From contig CM106585.1 of the NCBI GenBank assembly GCA_048013815.1, positions 24,157,963 to 24,221,962 of the forward strand: 64,000 nt of DNA, in the 5' to 3' direction. This document shows, in pieces, positions 52,079-64,000 of this stretch. Numbering within the stretch: the stretch's first letter is position 1; every line of letters starts with the position of its first letter. Both the position numbers and the translations under genes were made by a program. The stretch is from Setoptus koraiensis (Eukaryota; Animalia; Arthropoda). Below the pieces are notes generated by a model. That model searched no databases, was not told where the DNA came from, and worked only from the letters and a program-made list of their open reading frames with translations.

Positions 52079-55000
52079 ATTCGCAGCAATTAATGAACAT
52101 GATGTTAAATAAGGGATAATGTTGACCATGATTATTCGCTTTTGGCTTGGGATTTGCCTCTCTGTTTGGTGCTGTGTTGTGTGTGTCAAGCGATGATGTT
52201 GCTGAGATGCCTAAAGATTAGCATCACCTGTTGCTGTTGTTGTCGTTGGCTTAACTTTACTTGTTAGTTAGTTAATGCTGTCTACTGTTCAGTATTTCTC
52301 TTGTTACCTGTGCCAGTTTGCACCACAGCTGCACACTGACATATGGAAATATGTGACTGCTCCTGTGGTAATGTCAATGATGAGATGAACTTCAAAACAA
52401 CGAATAGTTATGTAATTGTGATTGCGGTCACTCACTCTTGTGCCATTTGTACTGACTAACTGACCACACGACCACCGCCACTAACCAATGACTAAAAAGA
52501 CAATTAAAACTTTAACTAATGATGAGCCCTGCTCAACATGCCAACCACCTGCTGACCACGGATAAAGCCGCTAAACTTTTCTCTATTTATTTATCCCCGC
52601 GCGTGTGTGTGTGTTGCGTGTTGGTTAATTCTTAATTCTAGTTGGCTAGTTTCTCTCATTGGTCACGTAACGTCGACACTGTTGCTCGAAAACAATTCGT
52701 TAATTGTGTATTCCATTGCACCAAATGCAAGACTCGTCAACCGATTCACCGGTTCATTGGTCATAATAACAAACGACAAGGTGTTAATGGTCACACTTTT
52801 GCACTTTCTCTCTCTCTATCTTTTTGCACGAACGAACTAACGCGAATTATACGACAACGAAGGCAATGATAAAATAGAGTGGCCAATAAATTCATATACG
52901 CCATATCAGCTAACCCTAATCAAGCGAACAATAGCTTAGCGAATGGTGGTACCAATTCAAAAAATTATTATTCAGCCAACATTAGCTAGCAATGTCATTG
53001 CTAGGTCACCTTTTGCACCTTGCACAATCCAATCATTGTCCAATGTACTCCAAATGTATGCGTGCTATATGGGGCCATATTGTAATTAAGATTAAAAGTA
53101 TTTTTGCGATTGTGCAACAAGCACCTGCCTCTAGAACGTTCCCTAATTAGTGTTAATAAACATATGAGTTGTTAATACATAATTGTGATGGACAAATTAT
53201 TGTGATTGCGTAACGTAGGGTTGCAAATGGTGTGTCATTGTGACCATAGACAACACATGTGACGGCGATCTGTGGCTTCAATATTTGTAGCCACTGATCA
53301 GCGTCAGTGCAGCTAGCAGAGGAAGAGAGGCCAAGCTAGTGAACAATGAGCAACAATCATCAAACCGGACAAAGCGTCGTTATTTATCATCGTGGTCGGT
53401 GGCGCTGTATGTGTGCTCGCTAATTATGCTGTTGGTTGCAGTGAGAATCAATTTTAATTTTTCAACAAATCAATGAAAGCAAACAACAGCCAACAACGGA
53501 TTGCTTGCTGTTGATTTATCGCTTCTTTATGCATCAAATCGTATGTATGTAACGGCGCAACATCGCTTGGCTAGTGTCGGAATTAACTTGTTGCAGTTTG
53601 CTTGCATCATAATATATCCAATGAGGAAAGGATAAATGGAATTAGTTTGCAATATATGCACACAAATATCACATTGAACATATCACGTTCGTATAACTGC
53701 GAATATTCCAACATATTGCAATATTTTTCAATCTGTTCCTGCAAGCCAACCTACGTTCTGTTAACATGTAACTGCGTTAGTGTTTGAGGCTGCTCGATGC
53801 TAGCTAAGCTGCCTGAGCCAGCCACAAAAGGAGTCTATGGCTCGCTGGATCGAGAGTGCCAAATCGTGACCAGTCTTGGCTATTTGATTTAGTAATCCAC
53901 TAAGTGAGATGTTGTTGTCGATGTTGCTTGATTGTGCTAGAAACATGGCGTAGAGTTTCACCGTACACAATACGCAACACACAACACACAATAACAATAA
54001 CATGGACATATTGGCACCGGTGCCAGCATCTATTTAGAGCAACCAACACCGTTCCACAAGCGCGCCACTTTAATTGACCAAAGCGCCATATGCAATGTGT
54101 AGATTCTTTGTAAATTCTTTAGAATTTCTTTTTCGCTAGCTTGCTTACCTAGTGATTTGCTCTACTATCCGAGGCATTAGTTGGCCGGCTTGAATTATTT
54201 CGTTTTTCGCTTAGACAAAGCGAGCGAAAATGATCATCTTGACTGTCTCGTTTTCTCTCCCTCTCTCTCTCTCTCTCTTTCCATATTCTTATTTTATTAA
54301 TTCAACAACGGTGCAGATTGTGGCATAACAAAGCATAATTACCATCACTACTATTAGTGTCGAATGCTAAAAAAACACTACTACTAGCAAATGAATGGAA
54401 AGGATAAGGCAACGATGGGAGGACTGCAGACAGAGAGATATGCTTTCGCTTTGGATCGCCCACAATTTGCAGCTTGCAAATTAAGTGTGATTCTGTGTGA
54501 GTGCATTAACATTGTTAGGCAGGAAGGCCGGGATTGTTTTCTTGGAGCAATAACAAATCTGTTGGTCACTTGTTGCTCTTGGCTAATTAACGGCAACAGC
54601 AACAACAACAACAAGGAAGCAACATGATTTCAAACGCACACACAACTTGTCTCTTGAAAATTAAACTTGTCCTTCTGCAGCTGCCGCTATGTTTAATACA
54701 TAACGGCCTAATGTAGATTGTCTAGATGATGTTCAAAAGGATGACAAACACACATAGCGATGTGATCATGCCACGAAACCAACCACAATCAACCAACCAT
54801 CAATGGTCATCATCAAGTTGATGATCATTGATTAATGGACACCATTGTTGTTGGTATGTTTTGTGACATAACAAAAGATGAAACCCCCCACAAACTGAAT
54901 TCATCATCCTGTTAGGTCAGCAAACATAAAGCATAAAGTAAATAAATGCCTTTTGTTGTTCTTGCTTGTTTTCCATAATCAACATTCATAATTTAAGGTT

Positions 55001-58000
55001 CTCTGTCCGTTCTCTCCCTTTTTGACTCGATCTAGGATCCTTGCACAACATCAGCTCGCAGGCCAACAGGAGAAATCTGGCAAGTTTTGGTTGATATCAA
55101 CACTCATGTCAGAGAGACTTACGGGGGCACACACATGGGGCAACTTTCAAGAAGATGCTGCATTTGAAGCAAAATGTTTATTTATTATAAAGAAACGAAA
55201 CCAGCCAGAAATTGCAAATAATCTCACGATGTTAATGTGCGATCTATCTGAGGGTGAATACAAGTATTCGCTCATGGAACCAAAAGCAACTAAACTAAAA
55301 GTGAATGGTAGCAGCTATTTGCAACTTGGACCAGTTATTACCACTTCCTCATATAGATCGCAGCCATTACCTCTACTGCAATACATATATGAACCAGTTT
55401 TGTTGTTGTCGATGCTAGTCGGCTCGGGTAATGTATGATCTCAAACATTAATCATATTGGAACAATATAACAAAGGCAACAACTATTATGCAATGTAATA
55501 ATGTAATATTAGTTGAAAATTGTTGTTGTTCCCCCTCCGACTAAATTATAATCACTATTGAAAGTCTGTGTTGGCAATGCTGCTTTATTTCATCCATCTA
55601 ATGTGGTAATGGAAGAAGAGTTGGGTTGCTGTGAAAGATTTGCATAAATCAATTGTAGTTATAGAAAGATGAGAAATTGTAGATCAGCCGATGATCACAT
55701 GATAGATGCATATTGTAGCTAAATAGTTAAATTAATGTTAAATTAATCATTTATTCAATCAACAGTGATGATCGCTCGTGCAACAATGGGGTTAAGTGAT
55801 ATGCACTCGGGTAATAACTTTACGTGCATTGGTTTTAATATAATCATTGGCAAGGCAGCCATCATTATCACTTGTTGCCTACCAATGATCAATGAGTAAT
55901 TAAATTGTGATTTCATAAAAAATAGTTGCTGTCATTTCTTCACCATGTCAATATTATCACTAGTATTTGTAGTAGTGGTGATGGTAGCATGAAAATTTTA
56001 CCTCTCATTCCATGGTGACTTCACTCAATCTAGAGAAAAGATAAAGCGAATCAATGAATGACTAGTAAATAAATCTAAACAATAATAAATAACATGATTT
56101 ACAACTGATGTCACTTTCTCTTGTTTTAGTTATTACTTTTGCTTGATGTTACCATTTGTAGTTAAAAAACAACAGCAAATCGGACGCCAAAGAGATAATT
56201 CCCACTTATAATCAGAGATTGTCCAATGAGAGAGAAACAGACACAACTCCCTAGCTATTGTATAATTGGTTTACCGAACATAAACTCATCGGATTAGTAG
56301 TATTCTTTATAGTAACAACTCTAATGATACAATAGTAATGATACAATAACCAATGTATGGCATGTATTGACAAATAACTTACTTTGCCTCTATCATTGAG
56401 CAAAACCTGCTGAAACAAAACAAAAACTTGACTAGATATAATAGTATTAATAATAACTGCCTAGTAAGCTCTCTTATTATTATTATCTTTTATACTTGTA
56501 CCTACAATATATCAATAATCATCATTTCGTTTCGTCAGTGAAGGTAATATTATTAACACTAATTTATTATATCATCACTAGGCGAGGTGTCGGAAAGAGT
56601 ATGAAGGACATTGACATTACAATTGAACTAATAAATAAATGACCACAACCCAACAGATCAACTCATTGATGGTCAACTAACAAGTCTTGAGAATGTTAAA
56701 TTAAAAATACTTACTAACAGTACCTTAGTTATAGTCTAGTTTTGCTGTGCATTTATCAGATCAACTTGAAACAATTTCAAGGAGTACAATGTAACTGTGT
56801 TTTTTTTTTTCAGCTAGCGCAACGATCATTATGACTCGATAAACATTATAATACATTTTGAGGGACATACATCTTCAACTAACAAATGAAATAAAACTAG
56901 CGGCAACATTTCTCTCATTCGGCAGCATAATCTCAACTTTCTCCCTCGTATATCGGCAAATCAAACAACATCACACTGGCGAGATGTGTTTACTGATCAA
57001 GTATGGTCAGCGTAAAGAGATTCTCAAATGCTTGCTCTTGTGAAGCCAATCATTGGTATATAAGATTGATATATTATAATTTCAATGTTCAACGCCAGCC
57101 TTTGTTTTTGCGAGCCACCATGGTAACGCGATGATTCTCTCATTATCAATAATTTATTGTGATAGCGCTTGTAGTGGCTGCCGTCACACGAAAAGAACAT
57201 TCGTGCACTCAGACACTTATCCGACGAGTGCCGAGATTTATAAAATTATGCTCTTGCTGAGATGTTGATTTATTATATATCTCATAATTTATCGAGAGCC
57301 CCCCTAGACCAACGCCAACACACATAAAAAGTCTGTTGTGGTAGCTAATGCTGGCATGGAGCCTAGCATGTGGCGGCTAAACAAGGTCATAGTAGAAATC
57401 TCATACGGAAGTGATTGGTTATGTAGGCGAAGTTTACTAGCGAAGGTTTCGATAGCATAGAATCCATTAGAAATACTTAATCGCATGAAAATATTCAATA
57501 CCACCAGTTGTTCAGTTCATGTGTCTATAGATCATTCACATTGACTATCCATTTCTATTCACTTTCCTGCTGATAGTCGTTGGTTTTGATGATGGCTCTT
57601 TTCATGCACATATTTCTATAACAACAAGAGATAACATAATGATTTAGATACGAGGAGAATAGAATGAGAGAATTGAACTGAAATGAACAGAGTGAAAGAA
57701 TAAGAATGAATTGGGATAAAAGAAGTATCGAGTTGTGTGATGTTCATCAAGTCATCACATTTATAAAACAGCGAACTACGCCCTCTTTTACCACCTTTGG
57801 TTTCCTCAACTATACATCATGAGTCTAATTATGATTGATACACAGAAGATGTAACAAAAGAAAGATACGAAAGTGAGAAAGAAATTTTTGATTTTGCACA
57901 ATGAGACCGTTGCACAACTAGTGGAAATCATGACTAGATCATTATCTGTCTCATTAAGAGAAATTGAATATCATCTATTTATTTATGTGATAGACTGCTG

Positions 58001-58008
58001 CATTGTAC

Positions 58009-61000
58009 TCAGATACCGTAACCTAAGTAGCTAGTGTTGCCATTAGATCCTAGCATTCCAGGGGCTCCTGTTAGCATTAGAGGGGTGTCAGCGGAAACAT
58101 TTTTTTCCTTGTTTTCCTCCAACTTGACTTCAACGGCATCTTTGAGCTCGTCTATTTTTGTTCTCATCTCATACATGGTCTGAATCATATATGGCATTGC
58201 GAAATCCATAATGTTGTGCCTCCAGGCCAATTCCAAGACCACATCGGGGTGTATTAGATCATAACATTGAAATAAACACGCTGCGAAACAGGCATGCTTC
58301 TTATCCTCAAGGAACCATGATAAAAGCTCTTCCGCTAGTTCGGGCATCCTTGAATCCGCTGCATATTCCATGGCATCTTTGTAGAGACCATCTTTTTTAC
58401 ACAACTCAACTGATTGTTTCCAACGATTATTACTCTTGTATAGGTATGCTGCAATTCGTCTGAACTCTATGAGTTCGTGCTTCTCGAGGCGCTGTGCCAG
58501 GGCGATTGTATCAAAGTTGTCAAAAGCATCGATTGACGTACGCAAACCTTGGAAATCCTCCTCTGCAATTAATAAATCATTAAGCGCTTCGTTGATAGCT
58601 TTATTGTTCAGATTTTGAACTGATCTGAGATACGATTTGACCAGTGGAAGGTGATTGGTCTATTTTTGTTTGATGTGAAAGAGAGATTGAGATGTATTAA
58701 GAACTGTTCAAGTTCAAGGGTATGAAATAGAGAAGTAAAGCTAATTGTACTTACTTTGTTGAAGAAAGTTACAGCTCGTGTGTGATCCATTCTCGGGGCT
58801 AGAACCAAGAGAAGATCGTTCAATAACATTGGTTTGTAATCTAGATAGAATTGGAGGGCTTTGAAATATAATTCAATATTGGCAACCTTAGTAATCATTT
58901 CTTTGAAATGTCCTTCTCTCCAAGCCTCCGAGGGATGGTTTATCATAGTTAAAACAGCATTATCATATTCCTCATACTTGTCATAGAGGAAAACTAGCTC
59001 GCCCCACAAATGGGCCTGTTCAGCAGCACGCAAGACTTTTGGAATGTTCACGCGGGACCAGAATAACTCCAAATGTTCTTTCATCTTGTTGGGCTTATAT
59101 TTGGAATAAAGTATAGCCAACTCTGTGAACATTCCCATGTGGGCCCTCTCTAACCCTAGAGCCGCCTCGAGCAGGCTTATCAGTTCTTCGTAATATCCTC
59201 GCTCCTGATAATAGTTTATCAAATCCTCCAACTCATCAGCGTGAACAACAATATGGGTACCACACATTAATGCTAATCTGAATTCCATGTTATCAACGCA
59301 AGCGAAGCAAACCTGTGTTATTGTGAAGATGTTTAGAGATTGTAGAAAATATCGAGTTAGGGGGCTGGGCTGAGATAATAGATGAAAGATTGTTGCTAGG
59401 AGTTCACTTTGTCTCACCTCTTTCCATGTCTTGGTCGAATTAGCTTTGCGGGCCGAATCAACTGCGCCTTGGAATTCTTTCAAGTGGACCAAAGTGATTG
59501 CAAGACGACCAAAGTTGGATACGTTGTTGTAAAGCAACTTGGCGGCTTCATACAAACCATCATCGAAACATCTATCGCCTATCTTTGATATGTCAGCATG
59601 GTTGGGGCTTGATATGAATTCTTCGAGATCTGCCAGACGACCAGTTTTAGCGTAGGCATATATGAGCTCAGACTCAATAGAAGACTCTCGAGCTTTTTTA
59701 CGTGCCATTTGCAAATAACGAACAAGATCTTCCCAGCTACCCTGCTCATGGGCAGTGGCCACAACATCCATGTAAGAGGCGGGATCTCCGGCCTTAATGA
59801 ATGAGTCTATCGCTTCTTTGAAAAGTCCTTCACTTAACTGCGCCTTTGCTAAGAGACTCCAAACCGCTGGCTCATTACAGCGCTCTGCGAATTCATAGGC
59901 CCTATCTAGATTTTTAATATTTTCGATTAAAACTTGAACGGCGGATGTGTTGACATCAAATTTTTTGAAAATGGCGAAGGCTTCTTCGAACAGCTCTGAA
60001 GCTATGGCGATGTTGGCTATATCAGGCGCATCATAATTGTCTAGTCTGTTGATATATTCCATTACACGGGTCTTATCGGCTTTAATCGCAGTGAGAATAA
60101 GCAAATTTTGCAGGTTTCGGTGATCGGCAAACACTGAATTGTCCAAAACTATCTTTTCAAGAAGCTCGATGAGCTCATTTGGCAGCTCAGCTTGCATGAA
60201 GGCTTTAACTGCGACTGATACATCCTCCGGGTCTTGTGTTTCTGATAATGCAGTCTGAACAACTTGGTCTATTAATTGGCGTCTGAATGGATTGGTATCC
60301 AAAAGTACTTGAGCCCAGAGTTCGGGATCTCTCCTTTTAACAAGGTACCTTGCCTCACTCTTGAAAAGGGAGTTTTCATTGCAGACATTGATAAGCTCAG
60401 TGTCGCATTGGCCGCGCTCATATGCTACACATGCAAGATGAGGGTCTCGTTTTTCACAGTATTTTCCGACAACTTTACTATCATAACATTGGTTTTCTTT
60501 CAGAAATCTTTCAGGGTTGTTGTTGGAATCAATGTAGATCTTCGCAAGTGCATTGTGTGTCGCTGGCTCGACACTGCCCTCTAATACTCGCATTTCCAGC
60601 CATGGTAATAGTAACTTCAACCGGTTTCGCTTTTCCACTTCTTCTACTAGTTCCTCCGTTAGAAACTGTCCCCTCACAACGTTAATGAGTTGCTTGATTG
60701 CATCTTCTGAACAGTCTACATCCAATAGACCGCCAACAACAATTGGCAAGCGTGAAGGATTGACCTTTTGAACGTAAATTTCGATGTACTTTTGCAGATT
60801 ATTTCTAAATAGATACAAGACTAAATCGTGAACAAAGTCAAATCGATCACATACAATTATAAGTGGCAACTGATCCGTCAACTTGGCTTCTTTGAGAAAA
60901 TTCTTAACACGTTCGGCGTTATAGCAGTTACTCTCACGGCAGATACGTTCAACTTCCTTCAACTGACCAGTTTTACAAGCTGCCTGAATGTATTTGAAAT

Positions 61001-63212
61001 GAACTTCCGCATCTTGACTGAAGTTGACAATAGAACCCAAAAAGTAGAATAAGCCTTCATATGACTTGAATGACTCGAAGAGGTCTATGAGCGAGTTCGT
61101 AGAGAGTTGTTCGTGATATTTAGTGGCGATTTGCACACATATCTGTAGATTTTGACGAATGTTAGATGTCAACATCGCTTTGAGACATTCCAGAGAGTCT
61201 TCAACGGATAAACTGCCGAAAAAGGTTACCAACCATTCTGGATTAAGCACCTGAGTGTGAACAATAGCTCGTTTTATATCGTAGAGATCATTGTAGTGCT
61301 CCAAAGCTCGCTGAAGTAAACCCGCCTTCTCGCACATCTGAGCAATAGTTGGCCTGTCATAATGAGTGAACATTTGGTTACCTAAAATAGCATCGGCAAC
61401 CTGTGGAGCTGTGGCCAAGTTCATCTCAAGCAAGCGAGTTTGGAGGGGACCTTCCTCTGGTAAGTTTTTCTTTAGAGCGTCTAGAAGAAAAGATGTGCAT
61501 GGTTGAACTAAATTCTGTTCCATAAAAACATCTACGATCTGATTGATTTCAGCCAGAGGTTCTTCTTCGGAGACCAACATTTGAGCAAATGCTGCTCCCT
61601 TTTCGGGGTTTGTTCGCATCACTTGACGGAGTAAGTTAATATAGTCCGGAGTGTAGCCAGCTTTCTTGGCGTAGAGTACAATTTTCTGGAATTGTCCTGT
61701 CTCGGCGAAACATTGAATGACTTTACTTGGAACGTTAGCACGAAGGTAGACAGAGAGCGCGAGTGTTGGGTCCAAGGCCTTTGATAGATCACCTAGTTCC
61801 TCACTGCACTCCAACTTATCATCTTTGAGCCATTTTTCTAGAAGTTGTTTGCGTCCTTGTTGCATCACCGGACGACAGAGCTCAAGTGATTCGAATTTGT
61901 TCAATTGCCCTTGATCCAAAAGAATGCCAAAGTATTGCAAGAGAGGGGATGTCTGACCAGTTGTGGTTGGCACTTGCTGGAATTTTTGAATGGTCTGAGG
62001 GGTTCTTAAAATACCCTTAGGAGCGTTGGCCGCTATCTTGGCTGCCTCTATGTATTGACCGTTATTGAATAGAACGTTGAATCTCCTAACAAATAAATCT
62101 TCGGCTCCAGGTAGGTTACACCTAGCTGCCAATCTAAGAGCAAGATCTGGATTTGCAAGAGTTGAAGTTATGTATGCTACTATGTTGTTCTCATCGACTG
62201 ATACTGAAAGAACTTGACCTTTTTTGTTAACGCCAACAATTCCACTGGTGGCCTCGTGCTGAGCCGTGACGAATATGGTGTCTGCAGATATCCTATTCAT
62301 GTAGATACACGCCCCTGATTCTATGTCGTATAGATGAACGTAGCCATATTTAGTTATCAAATAAACAACGCTGTACTTGGAAGATATCTGCATCGAAACA
62401 GGAAAATCAGTAGGAGCTTCGGGTGGGAAGAAAACGTCAACGGCTTTTTTAGCATATGGTTGATTTCCTGTGGCTGGCTGGCCGACTTCTATAATGTGCA
62501 GCTTTCCTGCCTGCTGTGATCTATTGGCAAAGCAAAAGAGAGTTGAAAGCTCAGAATTTCCTTCGCACTTGAATTGAGTGAAAGCCGCTGCGTGGCCCTC
62601 AATTGGTTGAGATACCTTTCTATCAACAGAATAAAGCTGCATGGCTCCCGCTACACGATTATCTTTAGCTGATATACCAATAAGAAGAAGCCACTTAAGA
62701 GAGTGATCAGTGCGATAATTGATGATCTGGCAACCACTCAGAGAGTTGTGCCTATCAAAGACCTTCAAAGGCTGAGATTCACCTTCCATGCTCCAATGAT
62801 AGACAGCAGCCTCGGTGACCAAAGCAATAGTATTAACGTTAATCCATTTCCAAAAGACTACATCTTCGGGCATTGCGTGAGCCTTCATTTTACTCTTCAT
62901 CTCAATATTGAAAATCTGTAGAGTGCGCGCAGCCTTTAGTGCGATAACTTTAGAGGTAGGATTCATGATGGCCGAATCGGCTGATATTGGGCGCCTTATG
63001 GGTTGCTGTGGATTTGCCATATCTATAATGACTACTTGTGCTGATTCCCCAACTTTTTCTCGGATGCAGATAAATTTATCTGATTCCATGGTAAGCGAGT
63101 TAAAGCTTATGTTAACAGTGTTGATGCCAATTCCCGTAAGCTGAAGCAGCTCCTGGAACCTTATGGGCAGAGCCGCTGTTCCGGGGTCTATACCGATGGC
63201 GGTTGTAGACAT
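58009..63212 (-). CDS. Chc: Clathrin heavy chain, 3 exons (59418-63212, 58755-59312, 58009-58659), 1667 aa, with an Hsp70-like 12-aa N-terminus
   Basis: LPIRFQE..., [28 protein letters not shown] repeats, [25 protein letters not shown] introns 59313-59417 (105 nt) and 58660-58754 (95 nt) restore KTWKE|VCFAC and FFNK|[15 protein letters not shown]. Confidence 0.96.
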
Positions 63213-63323
63213 TTTAATTATAAATTATTAATAATGTAATATTTATGTACTATAAGATAAGAATAATATATTATTTTAATATGGGTGTATAATTATAATA
63301 TTGATACGGTATTTCTAGTGATG

Positions 63324-63354
<31 letters not shown>

Positions 63355-63550
63355 GGATACTGGTGATAGATTAAACGTTACTGGTTGCATGTGAATTCTT
63401 AGAATGGTAGGTGGTAAAATAAATTTATATATCGGCACAGAATGTAGTGCGCAGCGACGAAAGAATTGGAACAGAGTAGGCACAGAACAAACAAGTGAGC
63501 ATTTTGGGCGCGCAGCAGTCAAATAAATCGATGGGTGTAATTTTTCTAAC

Positions 63551-63601
63551 AGAACTTTCCTGAATTTTTCAGTTGTGCCCTTACTCTTCTCGAATATTCT
63601 A
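63551..63601 (-). promoter_or_regulatory. Inverted, diverged copy of the Hsp70 double-HSE module upstream of Chc
   Basis: Minus strand AGAATATTCGAGAAGAGTAAGGGCACAACTGAAAAATTCAGGAAAGTTCT aligns 41/52 to the Hsp70 module; both three-unit HSEs are intact. CGATATATAAA (TATA) at 63434-63424. Confidence 0.8.
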
Positions 63602-63630
63602 GGAGCGTGGAATGCTCGAATCTCCTCTAG

Positions 63631-64000
63631 CAATGGAATGACGCACCACGGCTGTATCAAGGCTTTGAAAATGGACGTTCGCTCGCAGCCGGTATCTTTC
63701 TTCTTTCCCCTTTTCCCCTATTTGACGCATGCGCAAAACTACTGCTTCGAACTGTTGTTGAATCCAGGCTGAAGTTCAGTCGCTGAACACACGTGAAACT
63801 TCAGGAACATTCTAGAAGGAGTGAGCGCACATCTGAAAAAGTTCGCGAAAGTTCCTCGCTCACGATATATACATGTACTTCTTCATCGGATTTATCCACA
63901 TAAATTTTCAAAATACAACAAATCTAATCGACTAAATCAATCTAGTTCTAAAATTGCAAAATATAATCCAAAGTAAAAAAGTCTAGGAAACTGAAACTAA
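63631..64000 (+). promoter_or_regulatory. Second copy of the Hsp70 promoter and 5' UTR; predicts another Hsp70 ATG about 46 nt past the window end
   Basis: Direct duplicate of 19494-19900, including identical 92-bp (63781-63872 = 19687-19778) and 63-bp (63938-64000 = 19838-19900) blocks. Confidence 0.9.

Noticed and set aside
53800-54009. 69-aa ORF with a hydrophobic N-terminus
   Set aside because: The hydrophobicity comes from TGT/TTG simple repeats, and no known peptide motif is present.
55022-55438. 138-aa ORF with an acceptor-like site near 55032, a possible terminal exon
   Set aside because: No ATG start or domain. Several frames could be joined to upstream candidate exons (e.g. 46065-46101), so none can be supported.
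57901-57955. Hairpin-like ATGAGAC...CTAGT..ACTAG...GTCTCAT containing a miR-279-type TGACTAGA seed
   Set aside because: The central 10 bp barely pair and the rest does not match miR-279/996; probably chance in the Chc 3' region.
12219-63212. AP1M1, Hsp70 and Chc as a vesicle-coat gene cluster
   Set aside because: AP1M1 is 45 kb from Chc, with unrelated genes between them; only the Chc-Hsp70 link has sequence support.
63271-63660. 129-aa minus ORF upstream of Chc (and 63575-63772 on +)
   Set aside because: They span the HSE modules and an (AAT)n repeat, with no homology; better explained as promoter DNA.

Overview
Eukaryotic, AT-rich animal DNA with few and short introns (74-132 nt in housekeeping genes). 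It is most likely a mite, possibly eriophyoid; this is inferred from an intronless, signal-peptide-less bacterial-type UGT and from intron-poor AP1M1 and clathrin. Layout: 5' part of a Fhos/FHOD formin (-, runs off the left edge); a compact cluster at 6.3-21.9 kb (TMEM63/OSCA, DPM3, AP-1 mu, UGT, a 109-aa orphan, EXOSC5, TFB1M, Hsp70); a spaetzle/neurotrophin-family gene with a very large low-complexity pro-region (22.6-30.1 kb, -); about 28 kb without recognisable coding sequence; clathrin heavy chain (58.0-63.2 kb, -); and a second Hsp70 promoter at the right edge. Main finding: the clathrin heavy chain gene appears to have captured an Hsp70 5' end. Its first 12 codons match Hsp70 ([12 protein letters not shown] vs [12 protein letters not shown]), and an inverted ~79%-identical copy of the Hsp70 double-HSE module plus the same TATA word lie upstream, head-to-head with another Hsp70 promoter. 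A second shared 5' end occurs between EXOSC5 and its convergent orphan neighbour, which also carries tandem strong CRM1-type export signals. All alignments and splice models were done by eye; no searches were run.
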